This document shows, in pieces, positions 28,667 through 36,839 of a stretch of DNA of 64,000 bases (position 1 is its first letter; every line of letters begins with the position of its first letter). The notes below the pieces were generated by a model. The model made no database searches and was not told the DNA's origin. It was given only the letters and a program-made list of their open reading frames with translations. The stretch is from an uncultured Gammaproteobacteria bacterium (GTDB lineage: Bacteria > Patescibacteriota > Patescibacteriia > Patescibacteriales > UBA12465). The DNA is taken from assembly GCA_964470695.1 (NCBI GenBank), contig CAYYDR010000001.1, forward strand, positions 337,997-401,996, in the 5' to 3' direction. The position numbers and the translations under genes were made by a program.

Positions 28667-29626
28667 ATGTCTGTAAATTTTTGGGTTAAACTAAAAAAGA
28701 GTAAAAAGCCGATTTTAGCTTTGGCGCCTCTAGCCGGTTTTACGGATTCGGCCTTTCGCCAAATTTGTAAAAAATATGGCGCGAATGTTTTATACAGCGA
28801 GATGGCTTCGGCCACCGCGCTTTTTTATACGGCGGGAAAGATTGATAAGGATAACACGACTTTAGGGTTATTGAAATTTAATCGTCCTAAGGAGAAATAT
28901 TATGTCGTACAATTATTCGGCCCTAACCCTGATCATTTCGCGGTAGCGGCGCGAATAATTACTGATAAGATAAAGCCGGACGGGATTGATATTAATTTTG
29001 GTTGCCCCGTGCCAAAAATAGTGAAGCAAGGAGCTGGTAGCGGTCTCATGAAAGACCTTAAGCGTTCTCGGGCGGTTATTGAAGCAGTGCTCGCTAACAC
29101 TGATTTACCGGTGTCTATAAAAATAAGGGCTAAGGCCGGAGAGGTTGATGCTTTAAAATTTTTAAAAAATATTTCTGATTTACCGGTTGCTGCCGTTATG
29201 ATTCATGGCCGGACTTTAAATGAGGGCTTTGCCGGACCAGCTAATTGGCAATTGATAAAAGAAGCGCGCCAATATTTTAAAGGCGTTATTTTAGCTAATG
29301 GCGGAATTAATAGCTTAGACGACGCTCAGAAGGCTCTTAAGGCTAGCGGAGCGGATGGTTTAGGGCTAGCGCGCGGCGTTTTAGGCCGCCCCTGGCTTTT
29401 TAAAGAGATTAAAACTAATAAACAGATAAATAAAAAACCGAAGCAGATTTTTAAAATTGCCGTTGATCATGCGACCTTAGTTAATAAGCTAAAAGGGAAG
29501 ATTGGTTTAGTGGAGCTACGAAAGCATTTAGTTTGGTATGTGGCTGGTCTGACTGGTGCAGCGAAGATAAGGGAGAAGTTGGTAAAAGTTAATAGCTTAA
29601 AAGATGTTAAAGATATTTTAAAATAA
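28667..29626 (+). CDS. dus: tRNA-dihydrouridine synthase
   Basis: LAPLAGFTDSAFR, DINFGCP, HGRT motifs. Confidence 0.88.
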   Translation: MSVNFWVKLKKSKKPILALAPLAGFTDSAFRQICKKYGANVLYSEMASATALFYTAGKIDKDNTTLGLLKFNRPKEKYYVVQLFGPNPDHFAVAARIITDKIKPDGIDINFGCPVPKIVKQGAGSGLMKDLKRSRAVIEAVLANTDLPVSIKIRAKAGEVDALKFLKNISDLPVAAVMIHGRTLNEGFAGPANWQLIKEARQYFKGVILANGGINSLDDAQKALKASGADGLGLARGVLGRPWLFKEIKTNKQINKKPKQIFKIAVDHATLVNKLKGKIGLVELRKHLVWYVAGLTGAAKIREKLVKVNSLKDVKDILK

Positions 29627-29630
29627 TTAT

Positions 29631-30017
29631 ATGACCCTCTATATTAATACTGCTTCCTATGATCAGATAATCATTGCCCTAAGAAAAGGGAAGGTGGATT
29701 TGGTAAAAAAAGTTATTAAGGTTAAAAATAATCAAGCCGAAAAATTAATGCCGGCCATTGAAGCTTTGCTTAAGTCTAAAAAAATAAAATTAAGCGTTCT
29801 GAAAAAAATCGTTGTCGCTAATCGCGGCGGTAGTTTCACTTCGCTGCGCATAGGAGTAATTAGTGCGAATGCCTTAGCCTATGCTTTGAATATTCCAGTT
29901 GAGGGAGAAGAAAAACCTCTGAAAAAGAACAAAAAATTCGGTCGTTATAGTTTAGTAGAACCGATTTATGATAGGGAGCCTAACATCGGCCAGCCTAAAA
30001 AATCTCTTTTAGGCTAA
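29631..30017 (+). CDS. TsaB-like (t6A N-terminal ASKHA) mini-protein
   Basis: 128 aa. GGSFTSLRIGVISANALAYALNIPV resembles the GPGSFTGLRIG motif of TsaB, but the protein is about half the usual length. Confidence 0.5.
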   Translation: MTLYINTASYDQIIIALRKGKVDLVKKVIKVKNNQAEKLMPAIEALLKSKKIKLSVLKKIVVANRGGSFTSLRIGVISANALAYALNIPVEGEEKPLKKNKKFGRYSLVEPIYDREPNIGQPKKSLLG

Positions 30018-30083
30018 TTTAGCCCCTGTGCGTTAGTTGTTGAAAACTCTGGTATATTTTTAATAAAATATTTTTAATTTTTG

Positions 30084-30110
30084 AAGCCACTTGTTAACAA
30101 GTGGCTTTTT
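30084..30110 (+). terminator. rho-independent terminator
   Basis: AAGCCACTTG-TTAA-CAAGTGGCTT perfect stem plus T-run. Confidence 0.8.
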
Positions 30111-30148
30111 GTTTCATTTTTTAGCTTATTTTAGAAGAAAGACTAGTG

Positions 30149-30177
30149 TTGACCCTAGGTGACAAGTGGTGTATAAT
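30149..30177 (+). promoter_or_regulatory. sigma70-type promoter of the dcw block
   Basis: TTGACC, 17-nt spacer, TATAAT. Confidence 0.6.
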
Positions 30178-30210
30178 TAAACTCATAAGGTGAATTGTGG
30201 GGTAGAGTGG
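30166..30210 (+). promoter_or_regulatory. candidate MraZ operator (GTGG repeats)
   Basis: GTGG at 30166, 30197 and 30207 and GGTG at 30189, overlapping and downstream of the -10 box. Two copies are 10 nt apart. Confidence 0.3.
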
Positions 30211-30251
30211 TGAAACTTTGCTTGTCATCACCGCTCTACTCAACAACTTTT

Positions 30252-30683
30252 ATGTTTATTGGTGAATACAATCACAATTTAGATGACAAAGGACGTTTAG
30301 CTATTCCGGCTAAATTTCGCGCCATCTTAAAAAAAGGAGCAGTCGTTACTAAGGGTTTAGATAACTGCTTGTTTTTGTATTCTAAAGAGCAGTTTGCGAA
30401 AATGGCGGCTAAGTTCGCCGCTTTGCCGATTAATCAATCTAATGCCCGCGCTTTTTCTCGCCATATGCTGGCTGGCGCCATGGATTTAGAATTTGATAAT
30501 CAGGGCCGCATTACTTTGCCGGAATATTTACGGACTTTTTCTGGTTTGAAAAAAAGCATTATTATTGCCGGCTTGTATAATCATCTGGAAATTTGGGACG
30601 AAACAGCCTGGAGCCAATATAAGGCGGAATCGGAAAGAAATAGCAACGCTATCGCGGAGGGAATGGGTGATTTAGGAATTTAG
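30252..30683 (+). CDS. mraZ: transcriptional regulator MraZ
   Basis: MFIGEYNHNLDDKGRLAIPAKFR plus a second DNQGRITLP repeat. The TTG at 30195 is rejected. Confidence 0.9.
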   Translation: MFIGEYNHNLDDKGRLAIPAKFRAILKKGAVVTKGLDNCLFLYSKEQFAKMAAKFAALPINQSNARAFSRHMLAGAMDLEFDNQGRITLPEYLRTFSGLKKSIIIAGLYNHLEIWDETAWSQYKAESERNSNAIAEGMGDLGI

Positions 30684-30686
30684 TTT

Positions 30687-31577
30687 ATGTATTCGCACGT
30701 CCCGGTCATGCTTGAAGAAGTGCTGGAATATTTATTACCAAAGCCCGGACAGAAATTCATAGATTGTACTTTAGGCGGAGCAGGGTATACCTTGGCTCTA
30801 GCGGAAAAAGTCGGGCCAAGCGGTAAAGTTATCGGCATTGATTTAGATGAGCTAGCTATTAAAAATGCCGAAGGAGAAATAAGTTTGCGTCAGTTTAAGA
30901 ATATTGTTCTTGTCCAAGATAATTTTCAGAATTTAGAAAACATTGCGGCTAAGGTGGCGCCGGGTGATAAGTTTGATGGAATAGTTATGGATCTAGGCCT
31001 TTCCTCCGCCCAATTAGCGGATGAAGCCCGTGGCTTCTCCTTTAAAGGAGAGCGCCCACTGGATATGGCTTTCGGTCCGGCCAATAATCTTTCCACGGTG
31101 GCCATTGTTAATCAATATCCGCTTTTAGAATTAACCAGGATTTTTAAAGAATATGGTGAGGAGAGACAGGCCTACCGAATCGCTAAAGCGATAGTAGAAG
31201 CGCGCCGGCACAAGAAGCTAGAGACAACGGCTGATTTAGTGGCGGTTATAGAGAGTGTCATCCCATTTCGATTTCGGTCCAAGATTCATCCCGCGACCAG
31301 AATCTTTCAGGCCCTGCGCATGGAAACAAATCAGGAGTTAAAAGTTTTGGAGAACGTTTTGCCAGTTGCCGCTAAACTTTTGAAACCAGGCGGACGCCTA
31401 GTAACAGTATCTTTCCATAGCGGGGAAGACAGGATAGTAAAAAGATTTTTTAAAGCTAGCAGTGATTTAGAAATATTAACTAAGAGACCCTTAGTTCCCT
31501 CCGATACAGAAGTCGCTGATAATGCCCGGGCCCGGAGCGCTAAACTCCGCGCGGCCTCCAAAATAAATAATTTTTAA
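30687..31577 (+). CDS. rsmH: 16S rRNA (cytosine1402-N4)-methyltransferase
   Basis: HVPVMLEEV, DCTLGGAGY, DLGLSS.Q, SFHSGEDRIVK. Confidence 0.92.
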   Translation: MYSHVPVMLEEVLEYLLPKPGQKFIDCTLGGAGYTLALAEKVGPSGKVIGIDLDELAIKNAEGEISLRQFKNIVLVQDNFQNLENIAAKVAPGDKFDGIVMDLGLSSAQLADEARGFSFKGERPLDMAFGPANNLSTVAIVNQYPLLELTRIFKEYGEERQAYRIAKAIVEARRHKKLETTADLVAVIESVIPFRFRSKIHPATRIFQALRMETNQELKVLENVLPVAAKLLKPGGRLVTVSFHSGEDRIVKRFFKASSDLEILTKRPLVPSDTEVADNARARSAKLRAASKINNF

Positions 31578-31602
31578 ATAAATATATATTTTGCTTAATG
31601 CT

Positions 31603-31944
31603 ATGACCAAAATAGCTAACGGACATGTTTCCGCGCTCGGCCAAGCTGCGACCGGCTGGCGTTTAGACTTGAAATATTTCAATGTCGGCTTATTGTCCAT
31701 AATTACTATCTTAGGGGCGATTTATCTGGTTAATATCAGTGATTTAACGGTTCAGGGTTTTGTGCTCAGAGATTTGAAATCAAGAGTAGCGACCATAGCC
31801 AGTGAAAAGATGGAGAATGAGGAAGCGGTCAATGCAGCTCAATCCTATTACTCGCTCAGCACCAGAACCAAGAGCTTAAATATGGTCGCCATCGGTAATG
31901 TTGAATATCTATCAAATAGCGGAGTAGCCGTTGCCAAGAAGTAG
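31603..31944 (+). CDS. FtsL-like single-TM cell-division protein (by position)
   Basis: Small bitopic protein between rsmH and ftsI. The call rests on synteny. Alternative TTG at 31591. Confidence 0.5.
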   Translation: MTKIANGHVSALGQAATGWRLDLKYFNVGLLSIITILGAIYLVNISDLTVQGFVLRDLKSRVATIASEKMENEEAVNAAQSYYSLSTRTKSLNMVAIGNVEYLSNSGVAVAKK

Positions 31945-32008
31945 CCTAGTTAGACAGGCACTTCATTTTTTTATCCGAAATTACGTTAAGGCCCTAAATT
32001 AGTTGTGT

Positions 32009-33982
32009 ATGTGGAGTAAATTTAAAAATTCTTCCCGGCCAGTCATGAGCCGAATTAGTAGTAGTCGCTGGCGCTTAGTCGTAGCGATTATTTTTTTATT
32101 GTCTGGTTCTCTGATTTATAAATTATTTAGTCTGCAAATTAAACAGTGCGATTTATATACCGCCATGGCGGCGGGGCAGCAGCAGGTATCAAGCAAATTA
32201 AAGCCCGAGAGAGGTAAGATATTTTTTACCGAAACCCTCAATAAGCAGGAGAAACTTTATCCCGTGGCGACTAATAAAGATTTAGCCGCTCTTTATGCTA
32301 TTCCCAAGGATGTGGCTGATCCGCGTTCTTTGGCAGAAAAGTTTTTTGAATTCTTTGATAAGCCAAAATTAGAGAAAGCTTTAAGAGAAAAAGCCACTGC
32401 TACCAGCACCCCGATTCAAATCGCGACCAGTACTAAAGAGGAAATTATTACCGATTATTTAAGGCATCTTGATAAGCCGGGCAGTCTTTACGACCCGCTT
32501 TATAATCGTAAATTAGATAATGAAACTCTTTTAAGCCTTTATGCTTTTTTAGCCAGTAGCCCCACTTCAACTCCGGTCAGCGCCTCGGATTTAGAAATAA
32601 AAAATTATCAGGTCTATTTTAAAAATAGTGTTTCCAGTACTACCCCCAGCACGACACCGAAAATACTAAAAATACCGGGCATTGATTTCAATATTGAAAA
32701 TTCCCGCTATTATCCTGAAAATGAAATCGGCTCCCATCTGTTAGGTTTTGTCAGCTATGCTTCCGGTGACGGTCAAGGGAAGTATGGGTTGGAAGAATTT
32801 TTTAATGATGAGCTTTTCGGACAATATGGCTCGCTTAAGTCAGAAAAAGGCGGGAAGGCTAATGTTATTATTGTTAACGATCGAGAATATGTTAAGCCCA
32901 TTAAGGGTTCTGATTTAGTTTTAACTATTGATAGAAATGTGGAGTTTATCGCTTGCCAGAAATTAGCGGAAGCAGTTAAGAAGCATGGCGCGACTGGCGG
33001 CACTGTTATAGTCATGAATGCTAAAACGGCTGCTATTATTGCGATGTGTTCATTGCCCGATTTTAATCCTAATAGTTATAAAGAAGTTAATGATATCAGT
33101 GTTTATAACAATCCCGCTCTTTTATATCAGTATGAACCAGGATCAGTATTCAAGACCGTAACCATGTCTATCGCGCTTGATCAGAATAAAGTTTCGCCAT
33201 CTACGACATACAAGGATGATGGGCAGATAATGATTAAAGGTTGGCCGAAGCCGATTAAGAATTCTGATTTTTCTACTCATGGCGCGCATGGTGTGGTTGA
33301 TATGAATTTTGTCTTAGAAAATTCTCTTAACACGGGAGCGATTTTTGCGATGCGCCAGGTCGGTCCGAAAATTTTTTCCGACTATGTTAAGAATTATGGC
33401 TTCGGAGAAAAAACCGGCGTTGAATTGGGAGCTGAGTCTAGCGGTGAGATTGGCAACTTATTAGTTAAAAAAGTTAAAGAGATAGATGCTGCGACCGCTT
33501 CTTTCGGCCAGGGTATCGCCGCCACGCCGCTTCAGATGATTATGCCTTACCAAGCAATTGCTAACGGCGGCGTTTTAATGAAGCCCTATGTCGTTAAAGC
33601 GATTATTAAAGGCGATAAGCGGGAAGAGATAATGCCTAAGCAATTGCGCCGCGTGATTAGCACTAAAACAGCGGCCACCGTTTCGGCCATGCTTGTTAAT
33701 GTCGTTGAAAATGGCCACTCTAAAAAAGCCTATATCCCCGGCTACTATATTGGCGGTAAGACCGGTACGGCCCAAGTGGCTGTTGGCGGAGGATACAGTG
33801 CCGATAACTATATTCATACTTTTATTGGAATTGCGCCTATTGATGAACCGGCTTTCGTAATGTTGACTAAGATAGATGCTCCCAAAGATGTTCAGTATGC
33901 GGAAGGGTCAGCTCTGCCTCTTTGGACGGAGATTGCCGACTTCATGTTGAAATATTATCAAGTCCCTAAAACTAGAAAATAA
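32009..33982 (+). CDS. ftsI: penicillin-binding protein 2/3-type transpeptidase
   Basis: N-terminal TM helix; SVFK (SxxK), SLN (SxN), KTGT motifs. Alternative TTG at 32003. Confidence 0.85.
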   Translation: MWSKFKNSSRPVMSRISSSRWRLVVAIIFLLSGSLIYKLFSLQIKQCDLYTAMAAGQQQVSSKLKPERGKIFFTETLNKQEKLYPVATNKDLAALYAIPKDVADPRSLAEKFFEFFDKPKLEKALREKATATSTPIQIATSTKEEIITDYLRHLDKPGSLYDPLYNRKLDNETLLSLYAFLASSPTSTPVSASDLEIKNYQVYFKNSVSSTTPSTTPKILKIPGIDFNIENSRYYPENEIGSHLLGFVSYASGDGQGKYGLEEFFNDELFGQYGSLKSEKGGKANVIIVNDREYVKPIKGSDLVLTIDRNVEFIACQKLAEAVKKHGATGGTVIVMNAKTAAIIAMCSLPDFNPNSYKEVNDISVYNNPALLYQYEPGSVFKTVTMSIALDQNKVSPSTTYKDDGQIMIKGWPKPIKNSDFSTHGAHGVVDMNFVLENSLNTGAIFAMRQVGPKIFSDYVKNYGFGEKTGVELGAESSGEIGNLLVKKVKEIDAATASFGQGIAATPLQMIMPYQAIANGGVLMKPYVVKAIIKGDKREEIMPKQLRRVISTKTAATVSAMLVNVVENGHSKKAYIPGYYIGGKTGTAQVAVGGGYSADNYIHTFIGIAPIDEPAFVMLTKIDAPKDVQYAEGSALPLWTEIADFMLKYYQVPKTRK

Positions 33983-33984
33983 GT

Positions 33985-35274
33985 ATGAGGGATATAATCC
34001 AGTTAAAATTAAAATTTTTAGCTCAGCTGATTTTAAAAAAATATCAGCCGGTTATTATTGGTATTACCGGATCAATCGGTAAAACTAGCACTAAGGAGGC
34101 AGTTTATGCCGTTTTGAAAGATAAAATGGCTGTGCGGATGAGCCAGAAGAATTATAATAATGAAATCGGCCTACCCCTAACTATTATCGGCATTGAATCA
34201 GGCGGGCACAGTTTAATGGAGTGGCTTAAAATATTTTTTTACGCTTTGCGTTTAGTGGTATTTAAAGACAATAAATATCCGCGCGCTTTGATTTTAGAAA
34301 TGGGCGTTGACCATCCAGGCGATATGGCTTATTTAACTGCTATTGCTCCGCCCATGGTCGGCTTAGTCACGTCTGTTAGTTATTCTCATTTAGAATCTTT
34401 TGGCAACGTAGAAAATATTAAAAAAGAGAAGCAAGTTTTAATTGAAAATCTTGATAATAAAGGTTTGGCTATTTTAAATTATGACAATGAGCTAACTAGA
34501 GAGATGGCTGGAGCCAGCCGAGCTAAAGTTCTGACCTACGGCTTGCGGGATGGCGCCAATCTCCAGGCTCAGGATATTATTTTTAACTTTGCTAAAGGCA
34601 CTTATGAATTGTCGGGTCTTAATTTTAAGATGAATCATAATGGTGCGGTTGTGCCGGTTTTTATGCCAGGAGTGATGACTGAGAGCGCTCTGTATGCCGC
34701 ACTAGGAGCGGCCGCTGTCGGCCTCTATTTTGACATGAATTTAATTGAGATTGCCCAGGCTCTCAGTGGCTTCCATTTACCTAAAGGACGGATGAATATC
34801 CTGCCCGGTATTAAACATACTTTTATTATTGATGATACTTATAATTCGTCGCCGGAAGCAGCTATGGCGGCCTTGGATATTCTGCGGCGCATTAAAGTTG
34901 ATGAATCAGCCGAAAAATATGCGGTGTTAGGGGAGATGCTGGAGCTCGGCGCTTATACAGAAGAAGGACATCGCCTGGTCGGTGAAAAATTAGTTCAGAG
35001 CGGTATTAGCAATTTAATAGCCGTGGGCGAAAGAGCGCGTGATATTATTAGCGGTGCGACCGCTGCCGGCATGGCTGATGATTATATTTTTTATTTTGAC
35101 AGCGCTATTGAGGCGGGGCGTTTTTTGCAGAATCGCATTAAGGCGGGCGATATAATTTTGATTAAGGGATCGCAGGGGATTAGAATGGAAAGAGCGGTTA
35201 AAGAAATAATGGCTGAGCCGGAGAGGGCAGAAGAATTGCTGGTTAGACAGGGTAAGGAATGGGAGGGGAAGTAG
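33985..35274 (+). CDS. murF: UDP-MurNAc-tripeptide--D-Ala-D-Ala ligase
   Basis: IGITGSIGKTSTKE P-loop; Mur ligase central and C-terminal motifs (DDTYNSSPEA). Confidence 0.88.
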   Translation: MRDIIQLKLKFLAQLILKKYQPVIIGITGSIGKTSTKEAVYAVLKDKMAVRMSQKNYNNEIGLPLTIIGIESGGHSLMEWLKIFFYALRLVVFKDNKYPRALILEMGVDHPGDMAYLTAIAPPMVGLVTSVSYSHLESFGNVENIKKEKQVLIENLDNKGLAILNYDNELTREMAGASRAKVLTYGLRDGANLQAQDIIFNFAKGTYELSGLNFKMNHNGAVVPVFMPGVMTESALYAALGAAAVGLYFDMNLIEIAQALSGFHLPKGRMNILPGIKHTFIIDDTYNSSPEAAMAALDILRRIKVDESAEKYAVLGEMLELGAYTEEGHRLVGEKLVQSGISNLIAVGERARDIISGATAAGMADDYIFYFDSAIEAGRFLQNRIKAGDIILIKGSQGIRMERAVKEIMAEPERAEELLVRQGKEWEGK

Positions 35275-35311
35275 GACGGAGCTTGCAACCTAATTTATTT
35301 TTTAATAATGA

Positions 35312-35339
35312 AAAAGGCCGCTGTTTAGGCGACCTTTTT
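35312..35339. terminator. bidirectional terminator candidate
   Basis: AAAAGGCCGC / GCGACCTTTT stem with one mismatch, between convergent murF and pyrEF. Confidence 0.55.
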
Positions 35340-35359
35340 GGTTTGTGTTTCTTTTTTAA

Positions 35360-36670
35360 TTATAGAATAATTCCTAATTCTTCAGTGAGCACTCTTTTTA
35401 CCTCAGCAACTGCATTAGGCGAATTAAGTAGCTGGCGACCCATTACTAGTTTAGTGGCGCCATTTTTTTTCGCTTTAGCCGGAGTATCAACTCTTTTTTG
35501 GTCATTCTTTTCTGCTCCTTCAGAACGAACTCCCGGAACGACGAATTCTTTGCCCGGAAAAGCCTTTTTTAACATTTTTACTTCTTCAGCAGAACAAACA
35601 AAGCCATCCGCTCCAGCATCTACTGCAATTTTTGCTAATTTCATGACCTGTCTTCTTGGCAGGCGGCTGTAGATTTCTTGGCAACTTTCTTTGTCTATGG
35701 ATGTTAACACCGTTACAGCCAGAACTTTAGTGTTTGTTCCTGTTAGCATTGAACTAGCCGCCCTTATCATTTCTGCCCCGCCGGAAGCGTGAACTGTAAC
35801 TGCCCAGGGATTATATCGGCGTAGTCTGCGACAGACATTACTTACCGTGTTGGGGATGTCATGTGATTTTAAATCAGCCATGACGCGGCCGTAGATAGAA
35901 AGATTTGGCAGTAATTGTTCCATGCCTCTTTCAAATAAGGCATCGTTAACTTTTAAAATACAGCCGGTTGTTCTTAGTTGGTCTATGATTGGCAGCATTT
36001 CATCCCAGTCTTTATTGTCTAAGGCAACAATAATAGGATTTTTTTCTTCCATATCTGGATTGCAGCTCTGCATCAAGCCAAGCTCAATTAACTGGCGTCT
36101 TACATCATGAAGAGTAAGACCAGGCCAAACATTCATTGGCGTATTGTGAATCATTAGATTTTTTTCCCAGCCCTGTTGTCTATCCACCAGGACAACTAAG
36201 GCTTGAGTGTTGAGTTTGAGACGTTTACATTCCTGATGAGGCGCTATTTTGCTAGCTCCGTCTGTAATAACATCATCAATAATGCAAATACTTTCCCCTT
36301 CTGAACATTTACCGATTATTTTTGCATCGGTGGCGCGGCCTTCTTTTGCTTGTTCGCGTATTGTTAGATAGGGGATGTTTGTTTCAACTGATAGAAGGCC
36401 GGCGAAGCAAGACACTGAATCTGGTATTTCCACAAAACGATCCGGTTGCAATCGTTTAATGGGAATAGCAAAGAGTTCAGATAAAAACAAGATAGCTTCC
36501 GGGTTATTTCTGGCGTCTCTTAGATTAATATAAACGTCAGTCTGTCCGCCGCTTTTTAAAGGTAACGATCTGTCATTGCTGAATTTTATCAATCCCAGCT
36601 TGAACAGTTTCTCTACTACTTCTCTGTGCTCTTCTGGGAAGAGCCAAGGTGTTGATAGAACAGTTTTCAT
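35360..36670 (-). CDS. fused orotate phosphoribosyltransferase / OMP decarboxylase (UMP-synthase-like)
   Basis: N-terminal half: LKSGGQTDVYINLRD and ICIIDDVITDGASK (PRTase). C-terminal half: IIVALD, ILKVND, ADLKSHDIPNTV (OMPdecase). Confidence 0.8.
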   Translation of the reverse strand: MKTVLSTPWLFPEEHREVVEKLFKLGLIKFSNDRSLPLKSGGQTDVYINLRDARNNPEAILFLSELFAIPIKRLQPDRFVEIPDSVSCFAGLLSVETNIPYLTIREQAKEGRATDAKIIGKCSEGESICIIDDVITDGASKIAPHQECKRLKLNTQALVVLVDRQQGWEKNLMIHNTPMNVWPGLTLHDVRRQLIELGLMQSCNPDMEEKNPIIVALDNKDWDEMLPIIDQLRTTGCILKVNDALFERGMEQLLPNLSIYGRVMADLKSHDIPNTVSNVCRRLRRYNPWAVTVHASGGAEMIRAASSMLTGTNTKVLAVTVLTSIDKESCQEIYSRLPRRQVMKLAKIAVDAGADGFVCSAEEVKMLKKAFPGKEFVVPGVRSEGAEKNDQKRVDTPAKAKKNGATKLVMGRQLLNSPNAVAEVKRVLTEELGIIL

Positions 36671-36758
36671 TGTTCCTCCTTATTAGGATGGTTTTTGTTT
36701 AGTGGAGCATGAAGAAAATAATGGTTTAGATTGTTAAAATACTATTGATTAATTAATA

Positions 36759-36788
36759 AAAATACCATATTTAATCTTTATTTGTCAA
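36759..36788 (-). promoter_or_regulatory. sigma70-type promoter candidate for pyrEF
   Basis: Minus-strand TTGACA, 18-nt spacer, TGgTATTTT. Implies a leader of about 85 nt. Confidence 0.5.
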
Positions 36789-36839
36789 TTATTTTTGTTT
36801 CCTCTTTTTTATCTTCAAAATCTGATATAATATAAATAT

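Noticed and set aside
35259-35672. 137-aa + strand ORF following murF.
   Set aside because: It lies antisense to the 3' part of the pyrE-pyrF fusion, which has strong OMP-decarboxylase motifs, and it crosses the bidirectional terminator.
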